Shown here: piece by piece, positions 12,246 through 24,056 of the stretch | Layout: each line of letters starts with the position of its first letter | Position numbering within the stretch: position 1 is the stretch's first letter | From: Anaeromyxobacter sp. | GTDB lineage: Bacteria; Myxococcota; Myxococcia; Myxococcales; Anaeromyxobacteraceae | DNA length: 64,000 nucleotides | Assembly (NCBI GenBank): GCA_049840735.1 | Contig: JASGJN010000007.1 | Coordinates: forward strand, 192,001 to 256,000 | Direction of reading: 5' to 3' | Translations under genes and position numbers: made by a program | The notes under the pieces: model-generated | What the model saw: only the letters and a program-made list of their open reading frames with translations | What the model was told of the DNA's origin: nothing | Database searches by the model: none

Positions 12246-13238
12246 ATGGTCAGCTACAAGGAACTGGGGCTCGTCAACACCCGTGAGCTCTTCAAGAAGG
12301 CCGTCGCGGGCGGCTACGCCATCCCGGCGTACAACTTCAACAACCTCGAGCAGCTGCAGGCCATCATCCTGGCCTGCGTCGAGACCAAGTCGCCGGTCAT
12401 CCTCCAGGTGTCCTCCGGCGCCCGGAAGTACGCCAACAAGACGCTGCTCCGCTACATGGCGCAGGGCGCGGTCGCGTACGCGAAGGAGCTCGGGGTGGAG
12501 GTCCCCATCGTGCTCCACCTCGACCACGGCGACAGCTTCGAGCTCTGCAAGGACTGCATCGACAGCGGCTTCTCGTCGGTCATGATCGACGGCTCGCACC
12601 ACCCGTACGAGAAGAACGTCGAGGTCACCAAGCAGGTCGTGGACTACGCCCACAAGTACGACGTCACCGTCGAGGGCGAGCTGGGCGTGCTGGCGGGCGT
12701 CGAGGACGACGTGTCCTCCGAGCACTCGCACTACACCCAGCCCGGCGAGGTCGAGGACTTCGTCAAGAAGACCGGCGTGGACTCGCTGGCCATCTCCATC
12801 GGCACCTCGCACGGCGCCACCAAGTTCAAGCCCGAGCAGTGCACCCGCACCGCCGACGGCGTGCTGGTCCCGCCGGATCTCCGCTTCGACATCCTCGAGG
12901 AGATCGAGAAGCGCATCCCCGGCTTCCCCATCGTCCTCCACGGCGCCTCCTCGGTGCCGGTCGAGAAGGTGAAGCTCATCAACCAGTTCGGCGGCAAGCT
13001 GAAGGACGCGGTCGGCATCCCCGAGGACCAGCTCCGCCGCGCCGCCAAGTCGGCCGTCTGCAAGATCAACATCGACTCCGACGGCCGCCTGGCGATGACG
13101 GCGGCCATCCGCAAGACGTTCGCGGAGAGCCCGGGCGAGTTCGACCCCCGCAAGTACCTGGGGCCGGCTCGCGACGCGCTGAAGGAGATTTACAAGCAGA
13201 AGAACGAGAAGGTGCTGGGCTCGGCTGGGCGGGCGTAG
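12246..13238 (+). CDS. fba: Class II fructose-1,6-bisphosphate aldolase
   Basis: AYNFNN, LHLDHG, SVMIDGS, VEGELG, AISIGTSHG, IVLHGASS, KINIDSD, FDPRKYL; GGAG RBS upstream. Confidence 0.95.
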   Translation: MVSYKELGLVNTRELFKKAVAGGYAIPAYNFNNLEQLQAIILACVETKSPVILQVSSGARKYANKTLLRYMAQGAVAYAKELGVEVPIVLHLDHGDSFELCKDCIDSGFSSVMIDGSHHPYEKNVEVTKQVVDYAHKYDVTVEGELGVLAGVEDDVSSEHSHYTQPGEVEDFVKKTGVDSLAISIGTSHGATKFKPEQCTRTADGVLVPPDLRFDILEEIEKRIPGFPIVLHGASSVPVEKVKLINQFGGKLKDAVGIPEDQLRRAAKSAVCKINIDSDGRLAMTAAIRKTFAESPGEFDPRKYLGPARDALKEIYKQKNEKVLGSAGRA

Positions 13239-13400
13239 GCCTTCCGACTTCTGTTGAGTGACTGGGGCGCCCGGCCGCGAGGTCGGGCGCTCTGCTTTTG
13301 AGGGGGAGTGGCGTGGCGGGGCGGGCGTTGGGCGCTGCCGGCGGGACAGGGCGCTGGGGTGGCCCCTGCCCCAGCGCCGCGGGCGGTGCCGTGCTGAGGG

Positions 13401-13497
13401 GCGGGGTGGGGGCTGGGGAGGGGGAGGGGGAGGGGGCTGGGGAGGGGGCTGGGGAGGGGGCTGGGGAGGGGGAGGGGCGGCGCGGGGCGCGGGGGTG
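13401..13497 (+). repeat. G-rich tandem tract (GGGGGCTGGGGA / GGGGGA units), G-quadruplex-capable
   Basis: More than 10 runs of G4-G6 with short spacers in the intergenic region after fba. Confidence 0.8.
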
Positions 13498-13725
13498 GTT
13501 CCAGTGGGTGGTTCCAGTCGGTTCCAGTCAAGACATCGCTGACACTTTTCAGTCTTCTTGCAGCGAATCAGCTAGTGGCGGAGCGGGTGACCCTGTCACT
13601 GCTCTTTGCGTAGACGGTGGTGACGGTTCTCGATGACGGTCTGGGTCGCGAAGGCGTCGCGTACCGGGCAGGATTTCGACGGGCGCGGGGGCGCGGGGCC
13701 AGGTCATCCCTGTTGTGCGCTTCTG

Positions 13726-13865
13726 CTCCAGCGCGCGTGCGCCCTTGGGGTAACCGAGAGTCACTTACTCCAGCGCGTGCGCCCTTGGGGTCAACTGAAA
13801 GTCACTTACTCCGGCGCGTGCGCCCTTGGGGTCAACTGGGCGTCACTTGCTCCAGCGGTGTGCGC
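13726..13865 (+). repeat. Tandem array of ~41-42 bp units (3 full + 1 partial): CTCCAGCGCGTGCGCCCTTGGGGT + variable 16-17 nt ending GTCACTTR
   Basis: Units start at 13726, 13768, 13809 and 13850; a further copy lies at 15427-15457. Confidence 0.9.
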
Positions 13866-13905
13866 TGTCGAGGGATTCGAGGCTGGGGTCAGGTCATTTC
13901 TATTT

Positions 13906-13955
13906 CGTTCGGGCTGAGCCCTTCGGCAGGATCAGGGCAGGCGGAGTCGAAGCCC
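13906..13955 (+). repeat. REP-like element CGTTCGGGCTGAG-N24-GGAGTCGAAGCCC
   Basis: Same architecture as the element at 27438-27484. Confidence 0.6.
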
Positions 13956-14226
13956 AGGCGCCGGAAGCGCGCCGGCGCGAACGCAAGTGGGGCGCTCCGA
14001 TTCTTCGCTTGACTGCCTTTTGGCGCGAATCGGATTCCGCGGAGCGGGGCTGCAGGGAATGGCTCTCCTGCAGCGCTTCGCGCGCGTGGCTCGGCTCGCA
14101 GGGAGGCGCGGGAGGGAGCGGAGATGGGCTCCCGCGATCTCGCCTCCTGCGCGGCGCCAGGGGCCTCGGCGGGCGCTTCGAAACCCAGGGTTACGATGGC
14201 GGCATCTGAACTGGAGGTGCGCGCCC

Positions 14227-15477
14227 ATGGCCGCTCGACTCGATGTGCTGGACGACAGCTCCCTCACCGCTCGCCTCAGGTCCCTCGCCGCGGATGAGCG
14301 GGGCATCAAGGTCGAGCTCCTCCTCGTGCTGGCGGAGGTGGAGCGGCGGAAGCTCTACCTGGAGCAGGGGTTCCCGTCCCTGTGGGCGTACTGCCGGGAG
14401 GTGCTCCACCTCTCCGAGGACGGCGCCTACCGCCGCATCACGGCCATGCGGCTGCTGTCCCGGTTCCCATCCCTCGAGGCGCCGCTGCGCGAGGGCAGGC
14501 TCTCGCTCTCCACGCTGGGGATGCTGCGCGATGTGCTGACCGAGGAGAACCTGGGGGAACTGGTCGGGAGCGCGGCCTTCAAGTCCAAGGCCGAGGTGGA
14601 GCGGCTGGTGGTCACCCTCAAGCCGCGCGAGGCGCCGAAGGACGGGGTGCGCCGACTCCCTTCTCCGCCCTCCGGCGCCCCTCAGCCTCGTCCGGTGGAT
14701 CCAACGGGTGTGACTGCACTGGTGACCGCGCCGGTCGAGGCGGCGCGGTCCCAGCATCAGGAACCGGCCGTCCCCACGGAGCCCGCCTTCGCCCTCTCGG
14801 CGCCCTCCCTCTCCCCCGGCCGCCCCGAGGTCCACCCGGTCAACGCGGAGCAGTGGTCGATGCGGGTCACGCTCGACGAGGCGGCGCACGCCGACCTCGA
14901 GACGCTCCGTGAACTCCTCTCCCACAAGGTCCCCGACGGAAACCTGGCCGATGTCCTCAAGGAGGCGCTTCGCTGCGCGGTCGAGAAGCACGCGAAGCGA
15001 AAGGGTGCGGTGGGGCTGACCAGGGCGCCTGCTCCTGCGGCTCCTGCGCCCGAGGTCTCGACGTCGTCGGCGGTCTCTGCGGCGGTTCCGGCTCCGGCTC
15101 CGGCTCCGACCTCCTCCACCGACCCGCTCCCGCTCTTCGCCACCCCCTACCGCTTCGACCCTCGCACCGTCACGGCCGACGTTCGCCGCGAGGTCTGGGC
15201 GCGCGATGGCGGCTGCTGCTCCTACGTCTCCCCGGACGGGCGCCGCTGCTGCAGCCGCTGGCAGCTGGAGCTGGACCACATCGACCCGGAGGCGAAGGGC
15301 GGGCCGCCCACCGCCGCCAATCTTCGGCTCCGCTGCCGCGGGCATAACCTCTGGGCTGCGGTGCAGGCTTACGGGCGCGAGAAGATGGAGGCCTTCGTGC
15401 CCTCCCTCACCCCCTCCCTCGCCTCTTCACCTGCTCCAGCGCGTGCGCCCTTGGGGTGCGACCTGCGGCGCGGGTGA
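14227..15477 (+). CDS. HNH endonuclease with DUF222-like N-terminal helical region (probable selfish element)
   Basis: GGAGGT RBS; GFPSLWAYCREVLHLSE N-terminus; VRREVWARDGGCCSY..CCSRWQLELDHIDPEAKGGPPTAANLRLRCRGHN HNH/Zn motif. Confidence 0.88.
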   Translation: MAARLDVLDDSSLTARLRSLAADERGIKVELLLVLAEVERRKLYLEQGFPSLWAYCREVLHLSEDGAYRRITAMRLLSRFPSLEAPLREGRLSLSTLGMLRDVLTEENLGELVGSAAFKSKAEVERLVVTLKPREAPKDGVRRLPSPPSGAPQPRPVDPTGVTALVTAPVEAARSQHQEPAVPTEPAFALSAPSLSPGRPEVHPVNAEQWSMRVTLDEAAHADLETLRELLSHKVPDGNLADVLKEALRCAVEKHAKRKGAVGLTRAPAPAAPAPEVSTSSAVSAAVPAPAPAPTSSTDPLPLFATPYRFDPRTVTADVRREVWARDGGCCSYVSPDGRRCCSRWQLELDHIDPEAKGGPPTAANLRLRCRGHNLWAAVQAYGREKMEAFVPSLTPSLASSPAPARAPLGCDLRRG

Positions 15478-15500
15478 GCGGGGCAGCGGCGATCCGCCCC

Positions 15501-16300
15501 TCACCGCTCCCGGTGGTAGAGCCGCAGCGCCACCGGCGCCACCACGGCCACGATCACCGCCGAGGCCACCAGCGACCACAGCACGTCGGCCGCGGCGGGC
15601 TGGCCGTGCATCAGCGCCCGCGAGGCGTTGGCGAGGTGGGTGACGGGGTTCTGCGCCACCAGCGCCTGGAGCCAGCCGGGCATGGTGCCGAGGCCGACGA
15701 AGATGTCGCTGGCGAAGGTGAGCGGCATCAGGAACACGAAGCTGGTGGTCATCACCGACTCCGGCGTCCGCACCAGCATCCCCACCACGATCCAGAGCCA
15801 GGAGAGCGCGAAGCTGAACACCAGCACCAGCGCCAGCGCCGCCAGCACGCCGGCCGCGCCGCCCTGCGGGCGGAAGCCAAGGATGAACCCGACCACCAGG
15901 ATCACGGCCGCGGCCACGGTGTAGCGGAACACGTCGCCCAGCAGCGCGCCCAGGAGCGGTGCGGGCTGCCACATGGGCAGCGAGCGGAAGCGGTCGTAGA
16001 GGCCCTTGCGGATGTCGCCGTTCAGCCCCATGCCCGTGTAGACGGTGATGAAGATCACGGTCTGCACCAGCACGCCGGGCACCAGGTACTGCACGTACTG
16101 CTGCGGCGAGCCGGCCAGCGCCCCGCCGAAGATGAACGTGAAGAGCAGGGTGAACATGATAGGCGTGACGGTCACGTCGAAGAGCTGGAAGGGGACGTGC
16201 TTGATCTTGAGCATCGCCCGCCAGGCCAGCGTGGTGACGGCCGAGAGCGCCGAGGGCGGCCGCGGGCGGGAGCGGATGGTGAGGGCCTCGTGCGCGGCGT

Positions 16301-16304
<4 letters not shown>
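15501..16304 (-). CDS. ABC-2 type permease (DrrB-like)
   Basis: Hydrophobic helices; [15 protein letters not shown] and NPVTHL motifs; overlaps the ATPase stop. Confidence 0.9.
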
Positions 16305-17263
<959 letters not shown>

Positions 17264-17436
17264 GGACGGCCTGTTCTGCCTCCGCTGGCGCCGCGCGTCG
17301 AGCGAATCGACTGCGGAGGGCCTGGCCGCCCCCGGCCGGGGAGGCATCGGACGTGGACCCGCACGGCAAAACGAGGAGCGCGGACCGCCTCACGGCGATC
17401 CGCGCCCGGATGCTGCTCAGCTGCTCGAAGAGGAGG

Positions 17437-19974
<2,538 letters not shown>

Positions 19975-20503
19975 TGCGAGCTCCTAGTGACCGACAGCGA
20001 GGCGGGTGTTTACGGCGCGACGGTTGGTGGCGCCCAGGGGCGCCGGCGCGCGGCCGGGGAGGCACGGCCACGGTGGCGGGACGAGATCCGCCGGGGTGTT
20101 GCTCACGTGCTGGGGTTGCGAATGCACGCGGAGGCCTCCGAATGCTTTCGGCACAGTACGCCTGCCCGCTGAAATGGCAGCGCAGCCGATTGTCGCTGCG
20201 CGTTGGCGCGCGGTGCGCGGCGCAGTGCGCAGGAGTTCACCCACAGCGTCACCGCCGCCGGCGCGGGAGGCCGGGCGACGCACTGACAGTGTCTTCACTG
20301 GAGGCGCAGCGACCGGCTGTCGCAGGCGGCCGCGCGCTGCGGCGCCGCGGCGCGGGGCGGCCGGTCGCCTGGCCTGAGGGAAGGGTGGGAGCGAGCCGCT
20401 GGCGTGGGCGGCCGCCGGCCGGCGCCTACACGGCCGGCCGGTTGCGCCCGCCCGGCCGCGGCAGGAGCGCGCAGCGCACGCGGGGTGACGGGCGAGGCCC
20501 GGG

Positions 20504-20923
20504 CTACTCCTCCAGCTCGCCCACGAAGGCATCGACCGAGGACATCACCTCGTCGTCGGCCAGCGGGTGCTGCCGGGCCCGGGCGATGATCTCCATCAGC
20601 CGCCGCTCCTCGCGCGGATCGTCCACCGCGTTCGCGATGCGGTGGATCATCCAGAGCGTGTGTGGCGTGGGGCGGCGCTCGATCGAGGCCACCAGCTCGC
20701 GGGTGAAGCTCTCGAGGTCCATGTCCTCCAGGAAGTGGACCAGCGAGCCGGGCTGGCCGAAGTCGAGCCCCGGGTGCTCCTCCATGAAGCGGAGCACCGG
20801 GACCAGCGCCTCGCGCCCGACGTTCAGCTCCTTCCAGAGCCCCACCAGCTCGTTGGACGCCTCGGGGAAGTTGCGGGCTCCGACGATCTCGCCCAGCTGC
20901 GCCTCGATGTCACGGGACTGCAT
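20504..20923 (-). CDS. Hypothetical alpha-helical protein (immunity-protein-like)
   Basis: GGAGG RBS before MQSRDIE; DFGQPGSLVHFLE..SIERRPTPHTLWMIHRI; function is inference. Confidence 0.6.
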   Translation of the reverse strand: MQSRDIEAQLGEIVGARNFPEASNELVGLWKELNVGREALVPVLRFMEEHPGLDFGQPGSLVHFLEDMDLESFTRELVASIERRPTPHTLWMIHRIANAVDDPREERRLMEIIARARQHPLADDEVMSSVDAFVGELEE

Positions 20924-21068
20924 GGCGCCTCCGCTCTCCTGGCCGGCCGCCGGCCGTCGCCAGGGTGCAAGGAACTCTGCCACCACCGTTCGAGGGTGGG
21001 ATGCCGCGTTCGGGCCTACCCTGGTGCGCTAGCCTGAACCGCGGCTCTGCGGGGGAGCGAGCGGCGCC

Positions 21069-21521
21069 TCACGCCCCACCGGCCAGCGTCGCCTTGACCG
21101 ACAGCTCCACGTTTCCCTTCATCATCTGGGAGATGGGGCAGCCCTCCTTGGCCTCCTCGGCAGCGGTCTGGAAGGCGGCGCCCTCCAGCCCCGGGACGGT
21201 GCCGCGGACCTCCAGCGCGGAGGAGATGACCTTGAACCCTGCCCCGACCTTGTCGAAGGTCACGGTGGCGGTCACCTCCAGGCGCGTGGGCGGGGCGCGG
21301 CGCTTGGCCAGGTTGGCCGAGAGCGCCATCGAGAAGCAGCTGGCGTGGGCCGCGGCCACCAGCTCCTCCGGGCTGGTCTTGCCGCCCGGGTCCTCGGTGC
21401 GCGCGGCCCAGCTGACGGGCTGATCGCGCAGCGCCGGGCTGGAGCGCGTGGAGACGCGCCCGCTCCCGGACATGAGGTCACCTTCCCAGACCACCTCGGC
21501 ACGGCGGACGGCTGCGGCCAT
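21069..21521 (-). CDS. osmC: OsmC family peroxiredoxin
   Basis: WEGDLMSGSG, TSPEELVAAAHASCFSMALS, AKEGCPIS. Confidence 0.92.
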   Translation of the reverse strand: MAAAVRRAEVVWEGDLMSGSGRVSTRSSPALRDQPVSWAARTEDPGGKTSPEELVAAAHASCFSMALSANLAKRRAPPTRLEVTATVTFDKVGAGFKVISSALEVRGTVPGLEGAAFQTAAEEAKEGCPISQMMKGNVELSVKATLAGGA

Positions 21522-21749
21522 GGATCCTCCTCGAGGCCGGGGCGGCGCGCCCCGGCGGATGCGCTCGGAAGATGGCCTCGCGCCCCGCGCCGCGCCGGGC
21601 GCGAACGGGCCGTCCGCGGATGCACGCGAGCGGCCGATCCGGCGCCCGCCCGCCCGGCTGCGTTCCGAGGCGCCCGGGCCGGCGCGCGCTGGCGCAGCCC
21701 AATGCCGCCGAGCGGCTGGAGTCGACCGAGCGGCGGGTGACGCGCTCGC

Positions 21750-22370
21750 TCAGGCCTGGGGCACCTGCGGCAGCACCGCCGGCTGGCCCCGCGCCGTCTC
21801 CACGGCCGCGCGCAGCCCGGTGGCTCCGGTGGAGCGCAGGTGCGTCCAGAGGTTGAGCTCCTCGCCCCACTGGACCGCGTTGGCCGGGTTGCCCTGCAGG
21901 AACGTGAGCAGCGCCGCCGGCGAGGTGGCCTCCGGGTCGAGGCCCCCGGCGCCGGGGTAGTCGGCCGCCTGGAGGGCGCGGACCACCGACTCGGAGCAGA
22001 AGAGCGCGCTGGGCGTGGGGAAGGGGTTCTTCCAGGGCCGCTGCTGGAACCAGCGGGCGATCAGCGTGAGGAAGATGCCGAACAGCCCCAGCACGTCGAA
22101 GCTCTGCCCCAGCCACTCCCCGGCGGCCGGCAGCGCCGGCTCGATGGGGTGGCCAGGGGCCACCAGCGCCACGACCTTGTTGTCCTTCACGAAGCGGGTG
22201 AAGGAGACCAGCCGGAACCCCGACGAGTGGGCCTCCAGCACCAGCCGGAGCTGGAAGAGGGGATCCTCCACCAGCAGCCAGGCGTGGCTGGTGACCGACC
22301 GGGTCATGGCCCGGATCAGCGCGGAGAGGGGGTTCCAGCGGCGCGGGGTCGAGAAGCCGACGTAGACCAT
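21750..22370 (-). CDS. Hypothetical protein, permuted papain-like (YiiX/YebB-type NlpC/P60) fold
   Basis: N-terminal TSHAW (His) and C-terminal FCSE (Cys), followed by TSP, in circularly permuted order. Confidence 0.6.
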   Translation of the reverse strand: MVYVGFSTPRRWNPLSALIRAMTRSVTSHAWLLVEDPLFQLRLVLEAHSSGFRLVSFTRFVKDNKVVALVAPGHPIEPALPAAGEWLGQSFDVLGLFGIFLTLIARWFQQRPWKNPFPTPSALFCSESVVRALQAADYPGAGGLDPEATSPAALLTFLQGNPANAVQWGEELNLWTHLRSTGATGLRAAVETARGQPAVLPQVPQA

Positions 22371-22453
22371 GCGCCCGAGCAGAGCACGGCCGCCGGGCGG
22401 CTGTCACGCGCAGTCGAGGACCGTGCGCCCGTTCGACCCGGCCCCGATCCCGC

Positions 22454-22705
22454 TCACCCGGCGCGCCGGACCGTCTTCCAGGGCTGCGCGTCGCCGTGCT
22501 CGTCCACCCGCACGCGCAGGTGGTCGGGGCCGCGCCAGACGCTCCCGGCGATGACGCGGGCCGGGACCCACGGGTAGCGCTTGCGGCTCTCGGCGGTGAC
22601 GAACACCACCGGCGAGACCGGGATCGCGTCCGGGACGGCGGCGGGGACGCCCTCCTCGGTGAGCTGGAGCGGCTCGACCCGGCGGAAGCCGGGGCCGCGG
22701 TTCAT
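22454..22705 (-). CDS. Small hypothetical protein (83 aa)
   Basis: MNRGPGFRRVEPLQLTEEGVP.. with coding-like composition; start uncertain. Confidence 0.4.
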   Translation of the reverse strand: MNRGPGFRRVEPLQLTEEGVPAAVPDAIPVSPVVFVTAESRKRYPWVPARVIAGSVWRGPDHLRVRVDEHGDAQPWKTVRRAG

Positions 22706-23059
22706 CCTGCTGTGACGGCCGCGGCGCTTGCCGGCGCGAGGCCCATTCCTGTTCTCGGCGTGAGGACGATCCAAAACGCGAAGCTCCTGCGAACGCCCGG
22801 CTGCCGGCGCGGCTGGCGCGGGCGGTCCTGGGCGAGATGTGGAACGTGGTGGCGCCAGTACGGCGGTCGGCGCGGGTCCGGCCCGAGGCCGTGACACCAC
22901 ACAAGATAGCGAAAATGTCCGGCGAGACAAGGGGTAGCGGCCGCGACCGGGCGCCCGAGGTGGGAGCTGATCACACCGGGGGCTCTCGCCGGGCCGCGCC
23001 CCTCCCCCAGCTTCGCTGGGCCCCCGCCCCCCCGCTCTCTCGTCTAGGATCACCGCCCC

Positions 23060-23854
23060 ATGCCCGCGCCCGCCACCGGCCAGACCGTCTTCCTGCTCGG
23101 CAGCGCCGCCAGCTTCATGGCCAGCCTGGGGACGGCGCTGGGCGCGCTGCCGGTCCTGGTGCTCCCGCCCGCCTCGCGCCGCGTGCAGGACGTGCTGCAG
23201 AGCATGGCGGCCGGGATCATGCTGGCCGCGACCGCCCTCTCGCTGGTGGTGCCGGGCCTGGCCGCGGCCACCGCGCGCACCGGGTCGCCGCTGGCGGGGG
23301 CGGCGGTGCTGACGGCGGGGGTGCTGCTCGGCAGCTGGGCCATCTGGTGGACCGACCAGCACACGCCGCACGAGCACTTCCTGAGGGGCCACGAGGGGCC
23401 CGCCAGCCGCCGGCTGCAGCAGGGCTGGCTGTTCACCTTCGCGCTCACCCTCCACAACGTGCCGGAGGGCATGGCGGTGGGCGTGGGCTACGGGGGCGGC
23501 GACGTCGCCAACGGCCACGCGCTGGCGCTGGCCATCTTCCTGCAAAACGTCCCGGAGGGCTTCCTGGTGGCGCTGGCGCTGGCCGCGGCCGGCTTCCGGC
23601 GCCGCCGGGCCGTGCTGGTCTCCTGCGCCACCGGGGTGGTCGAGTCGGTGGGCGGGGTGGTGGGGGCGGCGGCGGTGGCGGTCTCGGCGGCGATCCTCCC
23701 CTGGGCCATGGGGTTCGCGGCCGGCGCCATGCTGTACGTCATCAGCCACGAGATCATCCCCGAGACCCACCACAACGGCCACGAGGACGCCGCGACCTTC
23801 GGGCTGCTGGTGGGGTTCGCGCTGATGGTGCTGATGAACGCGGCGTTCCAGTGA
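23060..23854 (+). CDS. ZIP family divalent metal transporter (ZupT/GufA-like)
   Basis: TPHEH, LHNVPEGMAVGVG, LQNVPEG, AAGAMLYVISHEIIPETH. Confidence 0.92.
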   Translation: MPAPATGQTVFLLGSAASFMASLGTALGALPVLVLPPASRRVQDVLQSMAAGIMLAATALSLVVPGLAAATARTGSPLAGAAVLTAGVLLGSWAIWWTDQHTPHEHFLRGHEGPASRRLQQGWLFTFALTLHNVPEGMAVGVGYGGGDVANGHALALAIFLQNVPEGFLVALALAAAGFRRRRAVLVSCATGVVESVGGVVGAAAVAVSAAILPWAMGFAAGAMLYVISHEIIPETHHNGHEDAATFGLLVGFALMVLMNAAFQ

Positions 23855-24056
23855 GCGGTCCGCCTCGGGGCCCCTGGGCCCGCGAGCCATGCGCGGGGCG
23901 GGTCGCGTCGTCCCGCGCGGTGGGCGGGGGAGGCCTCCACCCGTCCCTGCCGGCGGGCCCCCGAGGGGCCCGATCTCCCGGTCCTGCTCTACTTGTCGTG
24001 AACTCCGGCCGAAGGCGCTAGGATTGGACCGGCTGTGAATCCTGCCGGGCGGATCG

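Noticed and set aside
13726..13865. CRISPR array
   Set aside because: The inter-repeat segments are only 16-17 nt and similar to each other (all end GTCACTTR); only 3-4 units; no cas genes. Kept as a tandem repeat.
19975..20500. Riboswitch in the long hppA upstream region
   Set aside because: I could not recognise any known aptamer consensus by eye; an Rfam/Infernal scan is needed.
20966..20982. Sigma-54 promoter TGGCAGAGTTCCTTGCA (minus strand)
   Set aside because: GG-to-GC spacing is 11 nt instead of the required 10.
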